In this document: positions 12,301-22,845 of the stretch, in pieces | Position numbering within the stretch: position 1 is the stretch's first letter | Layout: every line of letters starts with the position of its first letter | From: Strigamia acuminata | Lineage: Eukaryota | Reading direction: 5' to 3' | Assembly: GCA_949358305.1 (NCBI GenBank) | Contig: OX442314.1 | Span: 30,132,001 to 30,196,000, forward strand | DNA: 64,000 nt | Program-made: the position numbers and the translations under genes | The notes under the pieces: generated by a model | The model's input: the letters and a program-made list of their open reading frames with translations, nothing else | What the model was told of the DNA's origin: nothing | Databases searched by the model: none

Positions 12301-15300
12301 ATCTCAAAATTCACTTTTACAATTCTATCGAATTTAATTGCAACCTAATCTCGGTGGGACCTCCACGTGTGAGATTAGGTGGTAGTCTTTGAAATCCCTA
12401 AAATCTTCAAACGAAAATAATGAAGGAAAATCTACTACGTATTTCTATTTCATCAGTTTAACTTCTTCACATGGAAATATAAACTGAAAATTTAATCTGT
12501 CTATTTTTAACTTAAATCTTTTAGTTAAATATTTATCTCCAATATTCACTGTTGCAATTCAATCGAATTTAATTGCAACCTAATCTCGGTGGGACCTCCA
12601 CGTGTGACGGTGACGACCACAACTCCCATTTAACAATGGTACCGGGAAGAGATCGCAATAAATAAACAGTGAATACAATACGAGATAAATACAAGACAGT
12701 TTATTGTTGGTAAACAATAATATCAAGGCTAAATTATACATAGGACTAATGCCGACATTTGGCAAGTTAAATCAGCTATTAAACTATACAAAGAATTGGC
12801 CAACTGGCCCTAGAATAATATCACTACGGGTCTGGAATATGGGAGCGGTTTCCCCATCGCTCGACCTGATTATAGATGTCATCTTAAGCCGGATGGCTGT
12901 GTCCTGGAGTCCGATACGGCTTCGCTGGTTTCCTTGGTTCGCTGTGTAAACTATCGCACGTCGATAAATCGAATGATCTGAGCATTGCGGTTGACTTTGT
13001 CTGCACCGCCACAACTTTGGGAGGATATTGGTGTAAGTAAATGTATTCATTTACTTATCAATATTCCACTTATGAATTATATTTAATTCATATCGTTGTG
13101 AATTCTTATTTAGATATTTCGGGAATAAGTTGTCGTCAACTTATCGGTTATATTGAGTTCAATATGAGATTAAGTCTTCTGACTTGATTTTGGTCCAACT
13201 GGTTGTCGAGTTTAAGTTTTGCTGTTATAAATAAAATGAAGATTAAGCTTCCCGTCGCAACACACAATTGCCATCGATTAGAATATACGCCTTGCCATGC
13301 AGAACGGTATCAAGCGTCCCCGGCGTCGCAGCACGGTCGTCCATCGAGTGGTTGACGGTACCACGTACACAGGGGTCGATAGCTCGCGGCTCCGCACAGC
13401 AGTTTTATCTCTCGCGGTACTAATAATAGACCGACTGCTTTGGCATCGAATACCATGAGAATCAGCTTGCCAAACACTTGGTGCTACTCGTGGTTACTGT
13501 AAAACAGACTGCTTTGGCACCATCAGGTGAAGGAACCGATTCTCAACAATACCGATGCTACTCGTGGTAACGGAATACGTTCATACCGAAAAAGACAACT
13601 TGGTCCTGTCCGGAGGATACTGAATTGCACAACGGCGGGTTCTCCTTCGGCGTCGCAACCGTAAACTGTAACATTTATGCAACATAATGATCCCAGCACT
13701 TCGACTTCAATTGCCGGCGGTGGCATGATTCTGTAGAATCATGCAACGGTTCTTTGCGAATAAATCAACAAAGAACCAAAAGGTTTTTTTACGTGAACAA
13801 CGAATCATATTTCTTAAGTAACAATACCAAACAGAAAATAATCAAACAGAGCTGCAGAATGGCCGGTTGTTTGGGTTTATATAACCTGACTGGATTAAGG
13901 ATTAATCCAGTTATCCAATTGGAACATGGGTTCCACGAATCCCTCCAATCCCGTATCACCGGAAGTGGATACGGAGGAACAATGTGCTAATTCTCACCAC
14001 AACCGGAACTGGATACCCAGGACCGGAAATGGATCCACCAATCAGATCTATTGGTTGATCGATTGATCACCAAATGTCCTGTCCCGCAGAAAATGGAAGT
14101 TACATTGTATTTAACATCACAAGACATTAATATATCTTTATATTAATGTTCACAAAGCTTCGTTTCATTCTAGTAAATATAGTTTTATATTTATTTACAT
14201 GTTTTATATTCATATCTTGAATTTGCCGCTAAATCGTAATCGCGCCATCTTGTGGCAACATTGCGCATTGACAAATGCGGTTTTAGCAGACGACTCTTCG
14301 TGATTCGGCCGGAATCCTTTGATATCAAGTAGGAATGAGTGTTTATTCTTAATAAACGAACATCTTTGTATTTGAAACATCATAAATAACTTTATTCCAG
14401 ACATTTATCAGTTTTACACAGAATATCTTCGAGATATCATGATAATGGCGCAACAGCGCTTCTTTCTAAGAAAATAGGCATTTATAGCCATTGTAAACCG
14501 TCACACCTAGTAGACCCACGGTTCATCGTAGACAATCACCGACCCGGCGGTTACGAGGTTACCACTTGGACTCAGGACGAGGTCCGGATGCTCGCCAATT
14601 TAAGCTTGAAAGCTAAAAAGGCCAATGAAGAATTAGAAGTGAAGCAAGCGGCCCAATTAGCGATGACTCCCGTCACCGAGGCAACGATCCAATGCGGAGC
14701 CACTCAACCAACTGAGGCGTCCAAGACCCCCACACCGGTGGAGTCTCCCAAGACGATCACACCTCCACCAGGCCCACCAGCCAAGAAGTTGCCGGCATTA
14801 AAATCTGTTGTGACGGCGTATCCTTTCGTGGTTCCGGCAGGCATCACAAATGAACACGCGGCCGAGTGCGAGATTGACCACTACACTCCCATCATCAGGG
14901 AAGCCGCCTTGGACATTTCTCGACGATTGAACAAGAAGCGCAACGTTTATTACCAGTTGCCCATTCTCGTTATGAGATGGATAATGAATCCACTGCGCAC
15001 TGAGCCTTTTCCTGTGTTGGAACACATATGGGCACGCTTGCTCGAACGTGTGAGCCAACTTCCCGCCGCCATCCATATCCGCGCAGATTGGAGTGTCGAG
15101 CTTCCGACAGCTGAAGAGGTTTATAACCAGGAACGACAGGCCAGGGATCCACCAATTAACAGTTTGCGCCCGCTACCCGACAGCTTTGCCGCCAGAATTG
15201 GTAGACCGAGTACGACGAGAGGAATTTCCCCGCGGGAAGAAGCCCCACTACCGAGAAGTTCGTCGGAAGACTCGTCGAAACTCGTCATTGACGAGAGTAC

Positions 15301-15364
15301 CGACCCTGAGCCGAACAAGAAGGATGATGGAGAAGCAGATGGCCGCAAAAGCCCCATCATTTAG
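3363..15364 (+). CDS. G1 spliced accessory gene, ~647 aa, zinc-finger-like, disrupted by G2; join(3363-3369,4018-5099,14510-15364)
   Basis: ATG AGT G|GTAAAG phase-1 donor matches phase-1 TTTAG| acceptor at 4017; removing G2 plus one CCTA copy fuses ORF 4164.. in frame with ORF 14588..; CPFCNGGG...CHAMLCPNC motif; tandem DWAKARGKELPDYL repeat. Confidence 0.75.
5100..7002 (-). repeat. G2 3' LTR
   Basis: Direct repeat of 12603-14505 (offset 7503; ORF-track translations identical). Confidence 0.97.
7597..9078 (-). CDS. G2 accessory ORF, 493 aa, unknown function
   Basis: Only long ORF in an AT-rich interior; first ATG after a TATA/Inr; internally repeated FxxYCxxxxLxxxxFKNIxEA motif; PKKKRRKK near C-terminus. 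Confidence 0.7.
   Translation of the reverse strand: MAQKPLNMIDPKGNNKQTNLNLSSVPLGDQTEKIPDHFTLYCNRHGLDKTKFKNIIEASDYVKARNWRDRTQSQSSHQDPVRNPQTYSRNLVNQDSHTMFQTSSRGSKLEKFKPPNSVDKGEENYKPNNSRPESSLTNQSVVQNKLKLVYNRDQLISVRYANPAEAQRYVASLNLSINLPLSKELGTVNKSFGPPISTQRKDIRTPNKHLQSNNVQQRARSPITNSCLRTYDLSTKKSPQPRQFYLTPISNRKKVKQTFPLKKYYQHDNENDFKPKKESFLTNPREIRYQFEQYCKQYQLNSAEFKNINEAQQFVFRNQYRNQRLKPVPVVNLTEIQQFASGKQPCNIQNNSSQREELRTSKKRFRSPSPAGDEETSSTNQHVQKLTENPGFQSSVPRLRVKYRSPRLLRDFTIPNMGPFHVWFSNEGPIHVWFSRDDLKQKVGSSRSFTLPSEYTVCNCPKKKRRKKSVQQAERSRKFANMRAQYLAKNHVD
9321..9400 (-). promoter_or_regulatory. Core promoter of G2 accessory ORF
   Basis: CCAATCAG (9397-9390), TATTAAAG starting 9355, Inr TCATTC (9326-9321) with +1 31 nt downstream of the TATA-like box. 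Confidence 0.6.
12000..12602 (-). repeat. Three imperfect tandem copies (~190-240 bp) of the G2 5' leader, including a second PBS copy
   Basis: AATCTCGGTGGGACCTCCACGTGTGA at 12347 and 12582, degenerate copy near 12165; shared hairpin motifs. Confidence 0.85.
12582..12600 (-). promoter_or_regulatory. Primer binding site, tRNA-Gln
   Basis: TGGAGGTCCCACCGAGATT is complementary to the 3' end of animal tRNA-Gln; 2 nt from the LTR. Confidence 0.85.
12603..14505 (-). repeat. G2 5' LTR
   Basis: Adjacent to the PBS; repeat of 5100-7002. Confidence 0.97.
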
Positions 15365-16099
15365 TCAGAAACGTTACGTCCACGCATCGCGTCGTGTCGG
15401 ACGATATTCGTCAAGTTGAGTTTTTTTTTTAGCCTGTTCAGGCGATCAAAACAATTATTATCCGAGATCGTGTTGTGTTCATTCCTGCTAAACGAACTAA
15501 TTGTTAAAAAACTTTTATGTTTCCTCACCGAAATGTGCAACTAAAGAGTCGACACATTTTTAAACCGAACTAATTTTTGTAATGAAACTTTTTTTCGTGT
15601 TGTTTTCTACAGCCCAGAGGGGTGAATATTTTGAAGAGTTTGTTTTTTCAATTTAAGTTGAACAAAATAATTTAACTGTGATACTTTATTTTTTCATTTT
15701 AACAAATGTGAATTTAATCTTTGTAACCCGAAAATTTTATTGATACAGATAACATTATATTATTTAACGATAATTTATGTGTGTTTATTTTTCAAGAAAT
15801 TAACAAGTTTTGAAAGAATAAATAGAAAAACTTTCGTTTGAACATTTAATAATTTGGTGATTATTAAAGACTATTTCGGAGTTGAACATGATGAATAAGT
15901 CCCGATGAACTATTATATATTTTCGTACGAAGATATATAATATACGAGATGAACTATTAAAATTATATACGGAAAAATATAAATTTCATTAGTTGATACA
16001 TGCGTTAGTTGACTCTAACTGAAGAAGATTTGTCATATATCGCAGTGAAGACGAATCAAGAGGGAATATTTTAAGATATGCCCCTTGATAAGGGGGATG

Positions 16100-17797
16100 T
16101 ATGACGAACACGGTATTGTTTATGCAATATCATGCCAAATCCCACCGATAGATGGCGCTGACGTCCATAAGCGGCAAATTCGAATAGAATTTGTCACTTG
16201 ATGTAAAACCACATAAAATATAACTTTTATGTGATTTTAAGACAGAGAATCGACTTTATCTTATATTTATGGAAATAAATACAGATATTATGTTGTTTTG
16301 TGGTAACTCTGCAAAGTTACCTCAAAACTAGGTTTAGGGGATTAAATCTCCCCCTCGCACCTGCTCCCAGCGTGGACCCCCGCGGATCAAGTTGAAAGAC
16401 TTAATCCAAAAGTGTTCCTCGCTATCCAGTTCCTGTCCCGACCTAGCAGAGAGCTATGGCCTGAGTATCCAGTTCCTGTTGACCACCTGGACTGGAAATG
16501 TGCTCTGAGTATCCCATCACGGTGACCAGTGATTGGGGGGATTTGCAGAACCATTGCTCTCATTGGAGCAATGGCCAAGCTATTGTTTTCCCCGAGTATA
16601 TACTTCCTCGCAACAGGAAGTAGCTCGCTCTTGACCAGATATTTGACTATATGTTTTCTTGAGCCCATTCTACTACTCCGGTTGTCATGTTGATTGCGCA
16701 GACACTTGCTTGTCTGTTGATTGCGCAGTCAATGCCCCTTATACTGCGGGCCTATGACAACCTACATACGGCGTACACTTGACGTGGAGATGGGTGATAT
16801 GATGCCTCCATGTCCGGGTGCCCGATGACGGCTGTGTGGCCGTGAGGAGATCAGGTCGCGGCGATGAGTAGTAAGAATCCCGTCGGGCCGGATATAATTC
16901 AACAAGTGTTCCACAAGGCCTGCCAGTTACAGTAAGCCACGGCTGCCGAACAGCGTGTCGAAAATGTAACATTAGGGTTGAAATAACTAAACTCGGAAAA
17001 GTTTAGTTAGATTAAATCCCCAGCTAGTTTATGTCACAACTCAGCATTGTGCATAAACACGGATACTTCTTCCAGAACTGTACAAAACTGAAGACTAGCT
17101 ACATTAGCATTTACTTGCCAGTAAATGTGTAGCTAAATTGCCAACTTTATGTAAGCAGAATTATTACGAGTATTTACTGAAAAGTAATACTCTAATAAAT
17201 ACATCCATTACACGGAACCAGAAGTTATGATTGTAAACTCGCAACAGTTTACTCTCGTATGAAGAACCAATTTGACGTATCACACCAATTATAAATGTCT
17301 TAAAACATTTATAAGAGGTCAATTGGTAAATGGCTCTCACAAGCCATTTAAACCAATAACCGCCCCAAGTTTGTGGCGATGCAGATACAGTCAACCGGAA
17401 GTCCTCGGATACTAACCCTTTCATTACAGATTCGAACCAGGACCAAACAATCAACCGATTCAGACGACATCTTACCAGGGCAAAGCCGATTGATATTATT
17501 ATAGCGCCACACAGGCAACTATATGTATAGTTTAATCGAGAATTCCTTGGCCATTTGTCGGCATAGTTATTGTGTAACTATATTTTATGCAAATTGATTA
17601 ATATAATCACTTTACGGTGATTATATTTAGATATCAATAAATATGTTATGTCTTGATAACCACCGGTTTCATTATTTTACCCAGTTCACACTTTAGGTTT
17701 GTTAACTTATCTCTCAACTACTAGAATTGATAGACTTGCTTGTTATGCCAAAATACACATTTTGAGCGGATAGCGTCATCGAAAGGTCATCGTCACA
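16100..17797 (+). repeat. G1 3' LTR (~1.7 kb), related to G2 LTR
   Basis: Follows PPT; termini TATGACGA...TCGTCACA; blocks at ~16150, ~16460 and ~17352-17398 resemble the reverse complement of G2 LTR blocks. Confidence 0.85.
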
Positions 17798-18391
17798 AGT
17801 GTTAGAAGAAATTCGTAATTTTTCCAGTGCTCGACTGGTTAAAAATTCTCGTCGCTGAACGGCGCGAACACGTTTGCGCTGTTCTTTGACATGGGAATTC
17901 ACTTGTTTTTCGAACCAAGACGGATTTTCAGCAGCAACATTTCGCCGGAATTGTTGCACCTCTTCCGATATTTGGTTCGGTTTGGCCTTTGGTTGCTGTT
18001 CGGTTGCTTCGGCGACCTTTACAGCTTCCAAAAACTTTGACTGTTCTGTCAATTTCGACCCGACCGCTTTTTTGTTATTGAAGACTTTCGTCTTCTTTCT
18101 TGGCGGTTGCGTCGGTTCGGCGACTGGAGCAACAGGAGAACGGGACCTTTTCAGGGCCTTCATTCGCTGCTCCTGGTTGTCGAACGCGGCCCACTTGGGG
18201 TATTGAGCTTGAAGAGGAAGCGGTTCCCCCGGCGCCGACATAAAACGCTGGAACCACGGTTGTAACGGTTTGTCGGCTGACACCACTTTCAAATTTAGAC
18301 AGTTTTGACAAACCATCGTACAATTTGTGGGTGTCAAAAAGGAACCGTAACCGCCGCAAACTGGACAAACATCTCGATCGTTTGGAGACAT
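17798..18391 (-). CDS. G3 accessory ORF (N-terminal part; truncated by G1 insertion)
   Basis: First ATG (MSPNDRDVCPVCGGYG...CTMVCQNC) after TATATAGG (18503) and CCAAT; PPRKKTKV basic motif; reading frame runs into the G1 LTR at 17797. Confidence 0.7.
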
Positions 18392-18619
18392 GATTTGGTT
18401 CGAGACGATTGGCAACGATTGGAAACGATGGCGTTGGTAAGGTGTTGCTGTCCTGATCAGCAAGCGAATTGTGACTTGATTGATCTGGCAGGCACCCTAT
18501 ATACGAATCGTTTGTACACGTCTACAAGACGTCTCGTGTACCAATAGCGTTCGTATTGGCTACGAGGCGCGGACGTGACGGAAGACTATTTTTGATCTTC
18601 CTGGTGGTTTAGTTTGTCC

Positions 18620-19800
18620 CTAATCTCGATAACGAGCTGGTTTTCTACGATCTCTAGGTGGTAGAATCGTTAGATCCAAAGGTTTTGGCCAATTTGTTGC
18701 TTTCTTTTGAGGGATTGCAACAATTGTTTGGTCATTCACATTTGAATCCATTGAATTCTGGTTTAAAGTTCCAGGTTGCGCTGGTTGCTGTAGTGGGACT
18801 ATAGCACCAGTGTCCGTTGGTTGATCCATGTGATTTACCACAGGGATTTCTTCATCAACTCATCTGGTATTGGCCAAACTGGTCTGGTTTCATTTGGGAT
18901 ATATCATTTTAATTGAACAATATTATATGTCCCTTTGGTCACCAGCGTGATTGGTGTGGCCAACACATAGACATTTTGATTCACAACTTTTGTTATCACA
19001 TAAGGTCCCATGAATCTGTCTTCTAGAGAAGCTGCATATCTGATGGCTGCCCTCGAGAGTGGGTGTGTTTTTAGTAAGACTAAATCATCCACTTCAAAAC
19101 AATCCTCAGATCTGTGCTTATCATAATATCCTTTCTGCTTTTTCTGGGCTAGCAACTTATTTTTAAGTGCAGCATTGATTAAAGCTTTGGTTCTCCCAGC
19201 CAGCATTCTCATTGCATCATACGGTTTTTCAGGGTCGAAAGGGGTGTCATAAGATACCTCTCTATTATCATAAAAGGGCCATAACTCACGCAAATAAGTC
19301 ATCTGTGCTGGTGAGAAACCAGTGGAGGCATTTACAGCCGAGTGCAACGCAAAATTAATGTCATTGATGCATTTATCCCACTCATCATGTTCAAAAGTGA
19401 ATATTTGGAGTAGGATTTTTATATTTCTGTTTACTCTTTCTGTGAGGTTTGTTTGGGGATGATATGGAGTTGTTTTTAAAGGAATAATTCCTGCATCCTT
19501 GCACAGCGCCTCATAGATCTCAGAAATAAATTGGGGCTATCGTCACTTATAGGTAGCATGGCCACCCATGTGAGATTTCTGCTCCAATTCATTAGTTTTG
19601 TAAAAAGGACTGCACCGAGCCCCAATTCGAGCTGGTAACTGTGTTAAATAGTGACCAAGCTAGAAATACTGGGCAGAGGCAGCACGTTCCTTTTTGCATA
19701 TGATTTCACTTATTTAAAACATTTGGGGCATGGCTGCCCTGTTTTTTGTCTCAAATGAATCCCACATCTCCATTCACAGGATAGGGGGCGATAATTCTTT
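18620..19800 (-). pseudogene. pol: Decayed Gypsy pol of element G3 (integrase, RNase H remnants)
   Basis: PYHPQTNLTERVNR, STGFSPA, GPY, C-terminal RDRRKPARYRD; stops, frameshifts; GLGAVL remnant at ~19606-19622 implies a large deletion. Confidence 0.85.
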
Positions 19801-19861
19801 CGTTGGTTGCTCAACCTGGCTGTCTAATCAACGGTAATTGTCCCCTTTTTATGCAGAAGTT

Positions 19862-19968
19862 GTTGCTGCATTGGCGGCGGCAATCGCTGCTGCATTGGCG
19901 GCGGCAATCGCTGCTGCATCGGCGGCGGCAATCGCTGCTGCATTGGCGGCGGCAATCACCGCTGCATG
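19862..19968. repeat. 24-bp minisatellite, ~4 copies
   Basis: TGCTGCATTGGCGGCGGCAATCGC repeated. Confidence 0.9.
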
Positions 19969-22285
19969 GGATTTTTAACCCATAATATGACCATATTCTC
20001 AAGGAGAAAACAATCAGTCGTTTAGAACAAAAGTTCAGAACCAGATCTGTATGGTCTGATTCCAATACACATGATTTACATGCAACTCGCATGATAAATC
20101 TTGTATCATGAACTTTGACATTTTTAAACCTGATTTTTCGGGAAATAATTGCCGTATTTGTTCATCAATTATTTGTCATTCTGATCATTGTTCCAAGTGT
20201 GGAGCAAATCTCGAAGCCTAACCCATTGTTCCATTTGTTTCTGTCTTAGCCCTAAAATTGTATTTTTTCCTAATAAAAGAAATCAAAACAACTTTTTTTG
20301 TTCAATTTGCACATTTTTATGTGCAAAACAACCTTTTGCGCGGGCGAGAACAGACACAAAACTTAGGAATCTCAAGAAATAGCAAGCAGCCCTGTTTTTT
20401 AGTTTTTTTCTTATGGTTTTTTAACCTTAAAATTGAAATCTTGAGAAATTTCAATTTTTTACTGAGGAAAAATTAACCTTGGGTGAAAAAAATACTGCTT
20501 GCAAAATTTGGAAGCCAAGTTCAGAACCATACCAGAGTGGTGTGATTCCAAAAAACATGATGTTGCAATTGCAAAAGTCGCCACATCTTGTAACATGAAC
20601 TGCCATCTTCCAAATTTTTAGTGGAAGCCTACTTTTTACTAGAAAGATTTCAGCTTCCAAAAGAAGAAAGGAAAAAATACACTAAAATAAAGAATAAGAT
20701 GGAAAAGGTGGTTATTTTTTGAGGTGACTGCACCTCGAAAATCTGCACAAAAACCAATCCAGTCATACCCCGCGCGCGTCGCTTCTCGTCCGCCGAGTCG
20801 CTCGCATCGTCCACCGCATGCGTTTTGGGTCGCTTCTCGTCCACCGAGTTGCTTCCCCGTACTCCGCACCTCCTACTACCACGCACTCCGCATCGCCGGG
20901 AGATACTCCCTCAAACGTCGCTCGATGCGACACCAAGGTGCCTCGCAGCACCTCGATGGCACTGCACTGGGATGTACGACATCCCAGTGAAATTTTGGTA
21001 GGTGGTGCACAGCATATATCTTAAAGAAGAAGGGAGAAACATGCAAATGCACCAAGGTTCTTTGCAGTCAGCAGAAACTTGCTGCCATCGTCGCAGGCGA
21101 GTCGCTCACCAACCAGCGAGTTCGGTCTGCCCGGCATTTGAGGTTGCTGTTTCCACAAGCTGCCCTGTGCTGCAGGAACCCAAATAATAGATAGAGAAAA
21201 ATTGAAGAAATAGAAAAATGCAAATAAAAAATCATAATTTCTTCCTTTTTAATAATAAATTACCAAAAAGGGAGAGAAGTCAGAAGAAAAAATGTGAAAT
21301 TTCAAAGTTACAGACTGGATTTCTAGTCTCTTTTCAGAGCTGGTAGCCATCTGAACTCATGCAGCTGCAGGAAATACAGCTACATGACGTTTGAGCACTG
21401 CACTGTTGGCCTCCCCGTGCCAACAGCAGCTCGCCCCGCTATCCAGGTCCCAATGCTCCAGATTTCTATGAAATGTGATCAACATTTCGGAATCTTTCTG
21501 CACCAGTACCTGGGACAGGGTAGAATTTAGTTTAGGGTCTGCCCGTTATGTTTCAGAGCGGTATCAGAGCCACGTGCACGCAGCTAAGACCTTTGCAGCA
21601 GTGATCAGATTCTACGCGTGTGTTTACACGGAGCCGTTTAGCCTGGAACTTATCCCTCCTAGCCAGAAAACACTCTGGTTTCGCGGAGAGACCAGCCAGT
21701 CCCATAAACCGCCTGATCCCACTGCCACCTCGCCACTTCTCCGAGCTACCTTTGTTGCCGCATTCTCGCCCGGCCCACGGTTTTCCAGTAAAACCCACTG
21801 GAGTGTGGCATTTGGTATCATGCCCGCTTTCGCCAATGGTTTCTGGTCGCACAAATCGTACGATTTGTGGCCGCCACCTCGAATCAGCGTCAAACACTCC
21901 AGCGCTGGTCCACCGCTTTGGAATGGGCTGCGCACCAAGAAAGTGAAATAAAAAGAAGTAATTTGCAACAGTCCCCATCATTTCACGTTTTGGTTGCATC
22001 AAAACTTGTGAAAAAACTAGAAAAGTTGCTTTGAAAGAGAGAGTTGCACAAGTCTCATTCATGCAATACCCAGGCATGGAAGACATGTGCCGCTCGATAA
22101 TTTTTGTTGGACTTGGTTCCAAGGCCATACTGCTGAGAAATCATGCCAGCGCCGCTGCGCCGGTCATTACTGCAGCAGAAATGACCCCCTTGTCACGAAT
22201 TGTGACCAGAAAGAATCTCCCCTAAAGAAAAAGAAATGAAAATTTCTCCCTTTTAGGTTCAAAACATCCCGGACGGGCCCACAAT

Positions 22286-22845
22286 TGTGAGTGGCGGTTG
22301 GTCGCCTCATGGCCAGGGGAGGACCATGGGGCGTTTGGACACCATTCACGATTAAATACAACACAGAGAACACACAGTTTGGATTGAATATCTTTATTGT
22401 GGTTGTCTAGGGGTTGTGCGTTCACCGTGTTATCGCCTAGGTCGCTGGGTTGCCTTGCAGCAACCCAGCCCAGTCCAACCGCTGACCACATGGTCGAGGA
22501 CCACATGGGCAGCGTGGTCGGATTACATTTGCCTTGCCGTGCCTCGCAGCACGGCCAACGAGTCGCCTCAAGTCATGTCGGACTTGAGAGCGATCACGCC
22601 TCGTGTTGCGACGGCAGTCGCCATCGTCTCCTTCATCGTAGAGCTTTTACAACCAGTCAGCACGGGACTGGAGATCGAACTGTCTCCAAGATGGCGGTCA
22701 AGCCACGAGGAGACCTTGTGTAATCCTCTGTCCTGATTGGCTGCAATCAGGACGCAGCTCCGACGATAAGTCGTAGGAGCTGCTGAGGATTCTCTTGTTG
22801 ATGTTGCCAGTGCCGACTGGCGGCGGCGGCTGCCAGTTGGTCACA
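22286..22845 (-). mobile_element. Short LTR (~560 bp) with adjacent tRNA-Pro-like PBS; possibly 5' LTR of G3
   Basis: TGTGAGTG...GGTCACA; ATCCCGGACGGGCCCACA at 22266-22283; shares blocks with 29391-30012. Confidence 0.7.

Larger units (their letters stand above)
5100..14505 (-). mobile_element. Non-autonomous LTR retroelement G2 (LARD-like), no gag/pol recognisable
   Basis: 1903-bp LTRs that look identical (5100-7002, 12603-14505), TGTGACGG...CCGTCACA termini, CCTA TSD (5096-5099, 14506-14509), PPT at 7003-7015, tRNA-Gln-type PBS at 12582-12600. Confidence 0.95.
186..17797 (+). mobile_element. Ty3/Gypsy LTR retrotransposon G1 (5' part outside window; interrupted by G2)
   Basis: pol 3' half, accessory ORF, PPT AAGGGGGATG at 16090-16099, 3' LTR 16100-17797. 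Confidence 0.9.

Noticed and set aside
12440..12460. CTGATGA-AATA-GAAA (and CTGACGA-AATG-GAAA near 12035-12048) on the minus strand, hammerhead-like core
   Set aside because: No helix II, only ~2 bp of helix III, and CTGA is better explained as part of the TCAGTTTA/TAAACTGA hairpin.
16100..17038. G1 LTR ending at TGTCACA 17038
   Set aside because: Similarity to the G2 LTR continues to ~17400, and a better terminal inverted repeat ends at 17797 where the G3 ORF is cut.
20639..22225. GC-richer overlapping ORFs as gag or recombinase
   Set aside because: No recognisable motifs; may be a retroelement leader, but no call can be supported.
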